Shown: positions 21,331 to 29,820 of the stretch, piece by piece
How positions within the stretch are numbered: the first letter of the stretch is position 1
Layout of the letters: the number at the start of each line of letters is the position of its first letter
Origin: an uncultured Syntrophaceae bacterium
GTDB lineage: Bacteria; Desulfobacterota; Syntrophia; Syntrophales; PHBD01
NCBI GenBank assembly: GCA_964558665.1
Contig: CAZLFA010000011.1
Location: 4,617 to 68,616 of the forward strand
Length of the DNA: 64,000 nt
Reading direction: 5' to 3'
Translations under genes and position numbers: made by a program
Notes under the pieces: model-generated
What the model was told of the DNA's origin: nothing
What the model saw: the letters and a program-made list of their open reading frames with translations, nothing else
The model's database searches: none

Positions 21331-21858
21331 TTAAGGGCAGTGAGGCGAGGCGCTCTGCTCGCTGTGGGGGACAACGGCATCTTCGCCGGCCTCACCTGCC
21401 CTGAGGTCGATGTTTTTCAGGTCAGGCGCCGCGTCGCTTTTCAGCAGAATGTCCTCTTTACTTTTTTTTACCTCGGCATCCGGTTCCTGCTGCTCATTCA
21501 GCCCTTGAAAAATTGTGGGGAGAAGTTCCGTTTTCATGATCCTCTTGGGCACATAGGCAAAGGCGCCGGCCTCCATGGCGGAAGTCCTGTGCGCCATGTC
21601 TTCATGGATGGAAACAACAATTATCCTCGACCCCGGGAGGGCGTCCTTGATCCTTCGGGTTGCTTCAATCCCGTCCATTTTCGGGAGGCTGATATCCATC
21701 AATATTACATCTGGAGACCATCTCTTTACCACGGCAAGAGCCTCTTCCGCCCCGGAGGCCTCAATAATCTGGCAATCAGGAACAGACAAAGTGAGCCAGT
21801 CCTTAAGTGCGTTTCTTACTGTATCGTGATCCTCGACGATCATTATGCATTGTTTCAT
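21331..21858 (-). CDS. Stand-alone response regulator receiver (REC) protein with a low-complexity C-terminal tail
   Basis: MKQCIMIVEDHDTV..PDVILMDISLPKMDG..VVSIHED.. REC motifs. The track ORF (to 22050) would overlap the upstream NarL-type gene, so the internal ATG at 21858 is preferred. Confidence 0.8.
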   Translation of the reverse strand: MKQCIMIVEDHDTVRNALKDWLTLSVPDCQIIEASGAEEALAVVKRWSPDVILMDISLPKMDGIEATRRIKDALPGSRIIVVSIHEDMAHRTSAMEAGAFAYVPKRIMKTELLPTIFQGLNEQQEPDAEVKKSKEDILLKSDAAPDLKNIDLRAGEAGEDAVVPHSEQSASPHCP

Positions 21859-21952
21859 GCCCGCCCCCCCCTGATGCTGATGAATGATTGATAATCGGCA
21901 AATCCTTCTTGTCTTATTTGACTGCAGGATTATCAGACGCATACAGAAATGT

Positions 21953-22007
21953 ATGTAGGAGATGATTGACAGTTGATGTAGGGATATCTTGACAGTTGAT
22001 GTAGGGA
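21953..22007. promoter_or_regulatory. Three ATGTAGG(G)A motifs at an exact 23-bp period, two embedded in identical 19-mers TTGACAGTTGATGTAGGGA; candidate operator/promoter region
   Basis: 19-mers at 21966..21984 and 21989..22007, with a third partial copy (ATGTAGGA) at 21953..21960. Located between the NarL-type RR stop (22011) and the REC-only gene start (21858). Confidence 0.45.
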
Positions 22008-22010
22008 CTA

Positions 22011-22670
22011 TTAAACTTTTTCGATGGTGATCAGCCCGTACTGGATGCAAAACTTAATAAGGCCGGGAAGATCTCTTACATTCAGCTTCTGCATAAGCCG
22101 GCTGCGGTACGTATCAACGGTTTTCGGGGAAAGGTGGAGCTTTTGAGCTATTTCAGCGCTTGTCCTGCCTTCTGCAACAAGCTGAAGAACCTCACGCTCC
22201 CTCAGGCTGAGCGTTTTCAACGGATCTCCGGAATCAATAGTCTTTCCCGGCGCCAGTTTGTCATCCCAGATACGGTCCGAGACTTTCCTGCTCATGAATC
22301 GCCTTCCGGCACGCACGGATTTCACCGCGTCTATCAACTCACTGCCGGCCGACTCTTTCAGTATATAACCGGCGACACCGGCACCCAGCGCCCGCATGAT
22401 GTGTTCGGATGAAGCATACATGGAAAGAATGATAACCCGTGTCTCGGGACATTGCTTGCAAATCAGTTCGGCCGCCTCAATACCGTTCATCTCCGACATG
22501 GCAATGTCCATAAGAACGATATCGGGGTTGACCTGCCTAACTTTTTTAACGGCATCCCGACCGTTGTCCGCTTCCCCGACGACGGAAAATCCTTCCTGAG
22601 CTTCCAGGAGATATCTCAGCCCGTCACGGACAATCGCGTGATCATCGGCTATAAAGATTGTGACGTTCAT
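22011..22670 (-). CDS. NarL/FixJ-family response regulator (REC + LuxR-type HTH)
   Basis: IFIADDHAIVRDGL..DIVLMDIAMSEMNG; C-terminal LSLREREVLQLVAEGRTSAEIAQKLHLSPKTVDTYRSRLMQKL. There is a 4-nt overlap with the upstream kinase gene. Confidence 0.9.
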   Translation of the reverse strand: MNVTIFIADDHAIVRDGLRYLLEAQEGFSVVGEADNGRDAVKKVRQVNPDIVLMDIAMSEMNGIEAAELICKQCPETRVIILSMYASSEHIMRALGAGVAGYILKESAGSELIDAVKSVRAGRRFMSRKVSDRIWDDKLAPGKTIDSGDPLKTLSLREREVLQLVAEGRTSAEIAQKLHLSPKTVDTYRSRLMQKLNVRDLPGLIKFCIQYGLITIEKV

Positions 22671-25600
22671 AGCGGAACCTCTATAATGATTTTTGTTCCC
22701 TTTCCGGGATTGGATGCAACGGTCAAATTGCCGCCGATTGACCGTGAACGCTCATCCATGGATGCTATCCCCCAGCTGTGCCTTTCTTCCGCCCTGGCAA
22801 TCTTTTTAGCATCGAAGCCTATACCGTCATCCTCAATGGTGACCATAACCTTACCGCCGGATATTCCCCCCGACACATCAACATGACCCGCCAGTGCATG
22901 CTTGCTGACATTGTTCAACGCTTCCTGGACAATGCGAAAGACCGCCACCTCCGTCTCCATTTTCGGCCGGGGAATGATATCTTCTCCCGTCACGGTCAAG
23001 TCAATTCCCGTCCGCTTTGTAAAAAGATCTCCATACCACCTTATTGATGCCATGAGACCGTAGTCGTCCATAACGGGAGGCCGCAGATCGGACATCAGGG
23101 TGCGGGTAAATTCCGTAATCCTCTCAATCAAAACCAGCGAGTCATCCACGCGCTGGATAAGTTTTTCATGGGTCTCCGGGGGAATAAAGGACCTGATTAT
23201 ACTGACATTGATCCCTAAAGCTGTCAGATTCTGTCCCAGATTGTCATGAAGTTCTCCGGCAACGCGCTTTCTTTCCGCCTCTTCCGCCTCGGCAAGCTTG
23301 GCAGCCAGCTTTTTCAGCTTTTCACTCTGAGCTCTCAGGATTTGCTCATTTAGCTTTCTTTCCGTGATATCAAGGATTGTTCCGGTAATATGATCGCTGT
23401 CAAAATAACAGTTTATAAGAGCGTGCTTTATATCACCGGGCCTCGTCATCATCTCGAGTTCATAATTTCGCACCAGCGGCGTCTTTTTCAGTTCATCCAG
23501 CAGCACCCGGCCGTCAGCAGATTTCTTGCACAGCATCAGAGCGTTAAGCGACATCAAATCTTCACTTGAGGGGTAGGAAAGCATCCTTGCCATGGCATGG
23601 TTCGCAAAGGTGATCGTTCCGTCATCCCGGCAGCGGAATACGCCCATCAGCGAACTGTCAACCAGATTGCGATATCTCTTTTCAGAACTTAAAAGATTGT
23701 TTTCCAGTTGACGGCGCTCGGTAATGTCTTCATATATTCCTTCATAATGACGAAGATTTCCATTCTCATCAAGAACGGAATGCATATTGATGGATATCCA
23801 TATCGGCTTTCCGTTTTTATGATAGAACTGGGTCTCAAACCCCTTGACCGATCCCCGCTTGGCGATGAGCTGCAGCATTGCATTGTTGGCCCCCGGCGCT
23901 ACGAAAAGCTGAGATGCCTTGACTCCCCGGGCCGTCAATTCATCCGGGGAGGCATAACCGAGAATATTTGCCAGGGCCTGATTTGCCATGAGGAAATATC
24001 CTTCCCGGCTTATCTGGCAGATTCCCTCCTGCGCATTTTCCACAATGCTGCGGTATTTTTCCTCTGCCCTTCTCAACCTTTCCTCTGCATCCCTGCGGGC
24101 GCTGACATCCTGGACGATGATCAGATAATGGTCGTCTTCATCGATGTTGATTATCTCGCTGGAGAAAAGGCAGGTTTTTACCCTGCCCGCTTTTGAGCGG
24201 AATCTGAATTCCTGATCAACCACCTTGTTTTTGCTTTGCAGGGCGCCGAGGCATTTCCTCTTATCCTCTGCCGATGCCCACAGGTTCAGCTCATTGGCGT
24301 TCCTGGCCAGGGCATCTTCCCGCGAGTATCCGGAAATCATTGAAAATCCCTCATTTATATCCACAATCGCGCCGTCTTTCACACGGGCAATCATTATTGC
24401 ATCGGGACTGAAGTGAAATGCCTTGAAAAACTTTTCTTCGCTTCTGATCCGCGCATCCTCTGAGAGCTTGCGCTCCGTCATATCGTGCGAGACGACAACG
24501 GCATGAGTTATGTGTCCGCCCGGTGAATAATACGGATAATAATTTATTTCATAATATCTTCTTTCCCCTGCCGGAAACTGAATCCAACTGGTTTCCCTTA
24601 CCCGGCTGCCGGACAGACAACGGTCTATCTTTTCCCTGATGACATTTGAGAATCGTTCTTTTCCCCAGATGTCGCCGACCGATTTTCCGATAACGTCGCC
24701 TCTGCCTTTTCCCATAACCCGGCAATAGGATTCGTTGGCAACCTCATAGACATAGTCCCTGTTGATCAGCGTCATGAGCTCGCTTGCCGAATTGACGATG
24801 AATTCACTTTTTCTCCACAGGCCCTCAAGCGCCATCCTCTCCGAAATATCCTGGCCGACCGAGAGGATGCCTGTAATACGGCCATCGGCATCCCTGAGCT
24901 CTTTTTCATACCATTCAATATCCCTGCGTCGACCGTCTTTCGTTAATATGGGGTTTACATTTCCCCGCACCCGCTCACCTTTCATTGCGTTATCGAGCAA
25001 AAGGGAAATCATCTCTCTGTCCTTCGGCGGCAGAAAGGTTTGAACCCAGTCTTTTCCTCTGACCTCTTCAAGACTGTATCCGGAAATCTCCTCCATGTAA
25101 GGATTGAAAAAGACAATGCGCCCGTCTGTGTCCAGGATCAGCACAATCGCCTGAGCTGTCTCTATCATACTTTCGGCAAACTCTTTTTCCCTTCTTATGT
25201 CCTCCTGTGCCCTTTTTCTGCTCTCCTCCGCTCCCAGTGCGGAAGCTATTATGCCGAAGACACGCCTGTCTTCTTCGGAAAAGCCGATATCCCGGCGGGA
25301 CATTACACAAAGGACACCCTGTTTCAGACCGCCGATTCGCACCAGATGGCCGCAGTATGTTTCCACGCCGGCCAGCCGTATCATGGGAATGCGGTCTGCC
25401 AGTTCACTGCCGCCCAGATGTCTTAGATACAGGTATTCTTCGTCTGCCTGATCAAACACCAGGCCGCAAAGGCTGTTATCCACGGATACACACTCCGGCA
25501 TTCCCTCGGGATAATTCCAGGCGCCGACACGGCGGATCAAGGCTCCCTCCAGAAGGGAATAGAGGGCAATGTCAACTCCGAATATCTCCCCGCAAAGGGC

Positions 25601-26980
25601 AACCAGGCTTTCTACATTTGCCTGGTAGTCGGAACCCAGAGCAAGCAGACACCTGTTGATTTTTTCCAGCCTGTCCTCCGATCGTCTGCGCTCCGTCACG
25701 TCCCTTAAGTACGAGAACAGGGCCGGTTTCCCTTCGAACTGAATCACTCCGCCCAGCGCCTCCATGCAGCGCAGGCTGCCGTCTTTGTATACGGCCCGAA
25801 ACTGCATCGGCATGGCGGTGGACATCCCCGACATGCGTTCCAGATAGCGTTTGATCATTGCATCGTGATCGCTTTTATGAACCATATCGAGAAAGGATTT
25901 GCCCAGCAGTTCCTCTTCGCTGTACCCGGAATCCATGATCAGCCTTCTATTGACAAAGCGGAAAAGACCGTCCTGAATAACGACAACACTGTCCATCCCC
26001 TGCTCAATCAGGGTGGCATACTTCTGTTCAGATTCCCGGAGCGCTTCCATTACCCTGTTGCGCTCGGTGATGTCACGCGACACGCCATGATATCCTGACA
26101 GGTTTCCCTGATCATCCCGGATTATCTTGACTACGCTCTCCAGCCACCTTGTCGATCCGTCCTTGTGATAGTATTCCAATTCAAGCGTCACCGCTCTGTC
26201 AGGATCGAGTCCTCTGCTCTCTTCTTCCTCCAGTTTCTGAGCCATAACCGATTCGACGACAAACATGGAGGCAGGCGTTATCTGGTCTCGAACGTTCTGA
26301 GTAATCCGCTCTTCGACGGTAAAACCCAGAACTCTCTCTATGGAAGGACTGACGTAAGTTGTGCGCAGGTTGAGATCCAATATCCAGACGATGTCATTCA
26401 TTCTATCGGTGAGCAGTCTGAGCTTTGCCTCACTGGCTTTGATTGCCTCCTCTGCCTGCCTGCGTCCGGTTATTTCCCGGCAGCCGACAACGATGCTTGT
26501 CGGCAATCCGTTCTCCCAAACAGCCCTGCCGGCGGCTTCAAACCATATATAACGACCGTCGACGTGGCGGAAGCGGAAAGTGGCTTCCTCTTCTTCTTTC
26601 TTCATTTCTATCGCCTTCATGAAGGCTGATATTACTCCGTCGCGATCGTCGGGATGAATGTAATCGAAACCGCTTCTGCCTATAAGTTCCATCATTTCAT
26701 AACCAAGGATTTTTTTCACCGACGGGGTCACGTATCGAAAAGATGCATCGACATCAAACAGGGCAACAATGTCAACGACGCTGTCCAGTATGGTTTTCAG
26801 CTTAATATCACCGGGCGGCACGATGGCTTCCTCCCGGGAAACCTTACCCCTCAGTTCGTTAAGCTCTTCTATCAGCTTCTTTTTTGTCTTTCTTTCATCT
26901 TTCATAGCGCAAATAACCAAATAAAAGCCCCGATCCTTTTTCAAAGAAACAGGGCTTGTGCAAGTCCATACCAACCTCAT
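22667..26980 (-). CDS. Multi-PAS/GAF sensor histidine kinase, HisKA_3 (NarX/DegS-like) class
   Basis: About eight PAS-end-like motifs (REITGRR, DITERN, DVTERR, DISERM, DMTERK, DVSARR, DITERR, DITERK) and one GAF-like segment. HisKA_3 H-box ELHDNLGQNLTAL. HATPase (QEALNNVSKHA..IEDDGIGFD..GGNLTVASNPGKGT). An alternative start lies at 26905 (MKDERK..). Confidence 0.85.
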   Translation of the reverse strand: MRLVWTCTSPVSLKKDRGFYLVICAMKDERKTKKKLIEELNELRGKVSREEAIVPPGDIKLKTILDSVVDIVALFDVDASFRYVTPSVKKILGYEMMELIGRSGFDYIHPDDRDGVISAFMKAIEMKKEEEEATFRFRHVDGRYIWFEAAGRAVWENGLPTSIVVGCREITGRRQAEEAIKASEAKLRLLTDRMNDIVWILDLNLRTTYVSPSIERVLGFTVEERITQNVRDQITPASMFVVESVMAQKLEEEESRGLDPDRAVTLELEYYHKDGSTRWLESVVKIIRDDQGNLSGYHGVSRDITERNRVMEALRESEQKYATLIEQGMDSVVVIQDGLFRFVNRRLIMDSGYSEEELLGKSFLDMVHKSDHDAMIKRYLERMSGMSTAMPMQFRAVYKDGSLRCMEALGGVIQFEGKPALFSYLRDVTERRRSEDRLEKINRCLLALGSDYQANVESLVALCGEIFGVDIALYSLLEGALIRRVGAWNYPEGMPECVSVDNSLCGLVFDQADEEYLYLRHLGGSELADRIPMIRLAGVETYCGHLVRIGGLKQGVLCVMSRRDIGFSEEDRRVFGIIASALGAEESRKRAQEDIRREKEFAESMIETAQAIVLILDTDGRIVFFNPYMEEISGYSLEEVRGKDWVQTFLPPKDREMISLLLDNAMKGERVRGNVNPILTKDGRRRDIEWYEKELRDADGRITGILSVGQDISERMALEGLWRKSEFIVNSASELMTLINRDYVYEVANESYCRVMGKGRGDVIGKSVGDIWGKERFSNVIREKIDRCLSGSRVRETSWIQFPAGERRYYEINYYPYYSPGGHITHAVVVSHDMTERKLSEDARIRSEEKFFKAFHFSPDAIMIARVKDGAIVDINEGFSMISGYSREDALARNANELNLWASAEDKRKCLGALQSKNKVVDQEFRFRSKAGRVKTCLFSSEIINIDEDDHYLIIVQDVSARRDAEERLRRAEEKYRSIVENAQEGICQISREGYFLMANQALANILGYASPDELTARGVKASQLFVAPGANNAMLQLIAKRGSVKGFETQFYHKNGKPIWISINMHSVLDENGNLRHYEGIYEDITERRQLENNLLSSEKRYRNLVDSSLMGVFRCRDDGTITFANHAMARMLSYPSSEDLMSLNALMLCKKSADGRVLLDELKKTPLVRNYELEMMTRPGDIKHALINCYFDSDHITGTILDITERKLNEQILRAQSEKLKKLAAKLAEAEEAERKRVAGELHDNLGQNLTALGINVSIIRSFIPPETHEKLIQRVDDSLVLIERITEFTRTLMSDLRPPVMDDYGLMASIRWYGDLFTKRTGIDLTVTGEDIIPRPKMETEVAVFRIVQEALNNVSKHALAGHVDVSGGISGGKVMVTIEDDGIGFDAKKIARAEERHSWGIASMDERSRSIGGNLTVASNPGKGTKIIIEVPL

Positions 26981-27054
26981 CAGGGGTTAACGGTTCTCTC
27001 TGTCGCGTCACACATGGCTTAGCGTAAAAACGAAGAGCTTTGCACAACTTGCAT

Positions 27055-27183
27055 AAAGGGTTTTCAACAGGCGAATCAAATATTTTTTCCGGAAGGCACG
27101 ATTGGTAATGTATAATCGCCAATACGCTGTATAGATGCTGCTGCAACAGAAAAAAATATTCTGAACCCCGGAAAAACCTCTGT
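27055..27183 (+). repeat. Palindromic intergenic repeat, copy 3 (+ orientation, with ~55 nt internal insert)
   Basis: ..GGGTTTTCAACAGGCGAATCAAATATTTTTTCCGGAAGGCACG...[insert]...CAGAAAAAAATATTCTGAACCCCGGAAAAACCTCT. Confidence 0.75.
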
Positions 27184-27327
27184 ATGAAAAATTATCTTCT
27201 GTGCAAAGCTTTCGATATATATTGAGAAAATAATAGCTATTTTAACTCATATGCCAAAAAATATCAACGGAACTTTTCCCTTATTTATCATCATCTTATT
27301 TAACACATACTGCACACCCGGAGTTTG

Positions 27328-28914
27328 TCATACATCCCTTTCCAGGACGGAAAAAGCCGCACGCATGCCATCCAGCGCCGAACTGACTATGCCGCCGGCG
27401 TAACCTGATCCCTCACCGCAGGGATACAACCCCGAAGTGCTGAGACTCTCGCCATTAGCTTTTCTTGTAATTCTCACAGGAGAAGATGTCCTGGTTTCCA
27501 CACCTATCAGCGTGGCCTCGGCTGTCACAAACCCCGGCATCTTCCTGTTGAACTGCGCAAACCCCTGCTTCAACGCCTCTGTCACAAAGGGCGGCAAGAC
27601 TTTACGAAGCGGCGCTTCTTTCACGGCAGGAAGATATGTGCACACGCCTGCACATCCTTCTCCGTCCCGCAGAAAATCGGTTAATTTCTGCGCCGGCGCC
27701 CGGTAGTCGCCACCGCCCATTATAAAAGCCTCTTCCTCCCATCGTCTGCGAAATGCGAGCCCGGCCAGGGAAGAATTATCTGCGAAATCCTCCCTCCTTA
27801 CGTTTACAACAACGGCGCTGTTGGCAAAATGTCCATCCCTCGCGCAAAAGCTCATGCCGTTTGTTACAACGCCGCCTGTGTCTGAACTGCAGGCGATAAC
27901 CTGTCCCCCCGGACACATACAGAAAGTATATACGGAGCGATCACCTCCGGGAGCCCCGGCCGTGATAAAATATTCGGCAGGAGGAAGGTCTGCATGCCCG
28001 GCCCATTTCCCATACTGAATACGGTTGATCAGTTCCTGAGGATGCTCAATGCGCACTCCCATGGCAAAAGGCTTGGGTTCCATGGCGATTCCTCTTTCAT
28101 GGAGGCATTCGTATGTGTCCCCGGCAGCCTGACCGAGAGCCAGGATAATGCTGTCGGCTCTTATTTCTTCACTGCCGTTGACCACAAGCCCGACGATCCT
28201 TTCCTTATGAACAAGGAAGTCCGTCACCTTTGCTTCAAACTTCACATCGCAATCCATGCCGGTCAGGCGCCTCCTGATATTGATCACGACATCTCTCAGC
28301 CTGTCCGTACCAATATGAGGCTTGGCGTCATAAAGGATATTTGCCGGCGCGCCCATATCGACAAAAGTTTTTTTTATCTGTCCCGTATAAGGATTACGTG
28401 CGCGGCTTGTAAGTTTTCCGTCGGAAAATGTTCCTGCCCCGCCCTCTCCAAAATGGACATTGCTTTCCGGATTCAGGATGCCTTTTTTCCAAAAATGATG
28501 AACGTCCTTTGCCCTCTCCGGTATCTTTTTCCCCCTTTCAAGCACAAGGGCGGGGACACCTCTCTCTGCAAGCGTCAGTGCGGCGAACAGTCCGGCCGGT
28601 CCTGAACCTATGACCACCGCCTTTTTCACGCTCCTCACAGCGACAGGTTTATTCTTCGAATCCGCCGTTAAAGATATCTTTTCCACGGTGGCATGGATGT
28701 TTTCATCAGGCAATACCGTCCCGTCCGGCACAGAACACTCTACCGAATAGACAAAACACGGCGGCCTTTCCCTGCGGGCATCCAGCGATTTTCTGACAAT
28801 GCGGAGCTGAGTGATGTCGCTGACATTGATTTCGAGAATCAAGGCAATCCGTTTCGGTAATTCGTCTTCAGACTCTCCGAGTTGAACCATTATATCCCTG
28901 ATCCGTATATCCAT
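27328..28914 (-). CDS. FAD-dependent oxidoreductase (COG2509-like NAD(FAD)-utilising dehydrogenase)
   Basis: Dinucleotide-binding motif VVIGSGPAGLFAALTLAERG, a length of ~528 aa and a C-terminal LYPCGEGSGYAGGI motif typical of this family (from memory). Confidence 0.7.
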   Translation of the reverse strand: MDIRIRDIMVQLGESEDELPKRIALILEINVSDITQLRIVRKSLDARRERPPCFVYSVECSVPDGTVLPDENIHATVEKISLTADSKNKPVAVRSVKKAVVIGSGPAGLFAALTLAERGVPALVLERGKKIPERAKDVHHFWKKGILNPESNVHFGEGGAGTFSDGKLTSRARNPYTGQIKKTFVDMGAPANILYDAKPHIGTDRLRDVVINIRRRLTGMDCDVKFEAKVTDFLVHKERIVGLVVNGSEEIRADSIILALGQAAGDTYECLHERGIAMEPKPFAMGVRIEHPQELINRIQYGKWAGHADLPPAEYFITAGAPGGDRSVYTFCMCPGGQVIACSSDTGGVVTNGMSFCARDGHFANSAVVVNVRREDFADNSSLAGLAFRRRWEEEAFIMGGGDYRAPAQKLTDFLRDGEGCAGVCTYLPAVKEAPLRKVLPPFVTEALKQGFAQFNRKMPGFVTAEATLIGVETRTSSPVRITRKANGESLSTSGLYPCGEGSGYAGGIVSSALDGMRAAFSVLERDV

Positions 28915-29065
28915 GTCATATTCTCCATTGAAAAATCGTTGTCTCTGTTATAGACGATATCAAAGTTTTCTACCCGAAAGCTTTGGATTTTGAAACTATC
29001 ATTTTTCTATCGGATATGACTTATTATCATTCCGATTCTCAATCACGGGAATAGGGTTGTGCGAT

Positions 29066-29569
29066 ATGCCATGGTATGCAATACACACAAAAAGCCGGCA
29101 CGAGGACAAGGTATATCTGGGATTTGTCCAGAAGAACATATCCGCCTTCCTGCCGAAGATCGAAGTCTGGAGCAAGAGAAAAGACCGGAAAAAGAAGATT
29201 CAGCTCCCCATGTTCCCCGGATATCTCTTTGTGGAAGCCCACACCATGCACAATGAAACGAAACTTGACATACTGAAGACCTATGGCGTTGTCAGGATTC
29301 TGGGTAAACCGAAGGGTCATGAACCAATCCCCGTCCCGGATGAGAAAATCGATGCCATCCGGCGTCTTGTCCAGTCAAAAGTCGAAATTCAGCATTTTCA
29401 GTATCCGAAGGTCGGGGAACCGGCCAGGATTGTCGACGGCCCTTTCATGGGGATAGAAGGAACCGTTACAGCTACCGATTTTGAGAAGGAACTGTTTGTC
29501 ATAACGATCGATATACTGCAGCGCGCTGTGGCGATTAGGTTAGAGGGCTTCCAGATCTCAAAACTCTAA
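29066..29569 (+). CDS. NusG-family transcription antitermination paralog (RfaH/UpxY-like)
   Basis: NGN domain start MPWYAIHTKSRHEDKV...FPGYLFVEA and a KOW-like GEPARIVDGPFMGIEGTV. The track start is 29057; ATG 29066 gives the family-typical N-terminus. Confidence 0.8.
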   Translation: MPWYAIHTKSRHEDKVYLGFVQKNISAFLPKIEVWSKRKDRKKKIQLPMFPGYLFVEAHTMHNETKLDILKTYGVVRILGKPKGHEPIPVPDEKIDAIRRLVQSKVEIQHFQYPKVGEPARIVDGPFMGIEGTVTATDFEKELFVITIDILQRAVAIRLEGFQISKL

Positions 29570-29796
29570 CGGCTTCGGGAAAAGTCCATATGCTGCGTTG
29601 TGCTTCGTCCCTCGTCACTGCGGCGTACCCTCAGGTACGCCTCATTCCTCGGTACTTGCACGCCTTGCCTCTGGAGCTTTTTGCGAAGCCTTCCGGTCTT
29701 GAACGTTATCCTGTTATCTGACGTTACATAAACTCTAGCGGCTTCGGAAAATAAAGGAAAAAATATTCTGAGCCGCGGGAAACCCTTTGCGCCGGC
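29561..29796 (+). repeat. Composite repeat: duplicated left arm (29561..29583 and 29730..29751) flanking a second palindromic element, followed by the family right arm
   Basis: AAACTCTAACGGCTTCGGGAAAA / AAACTCTAGCGGCTTCGGAAAA lie 169 bp apart. The inner element has GGCTTCGGGAAAAGTCC...GGAGCTTTTTGCGAAGCC arms and a GGCGTACCCTCAGGTACGCC core (29622..29641). The right arm is GGAAAAAATATTCTGAGCCGCGGGAAACCC. Confidence 0.75.
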
Positions 29797-29820
29797 AACT
29801 ATCTTTTTCCGAAGAAACGA

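Noticed and set aside
21859-22050. N-terminal 64-aa extension of the REC-only ORF given by the track (start 22050)
   Set aside because: It would overlap the 3' end of the NarL-type gene and cover the direct-repeat region, and the extension has no REC homology. The canonical REC N-terminus (MKQCIMIVEDHD) starts at 21858. Similar N-terminal over-extensions were trimmed for 42398..43432, 60152..61297, 34562..35107, 57714..58583 and 19625..21199.
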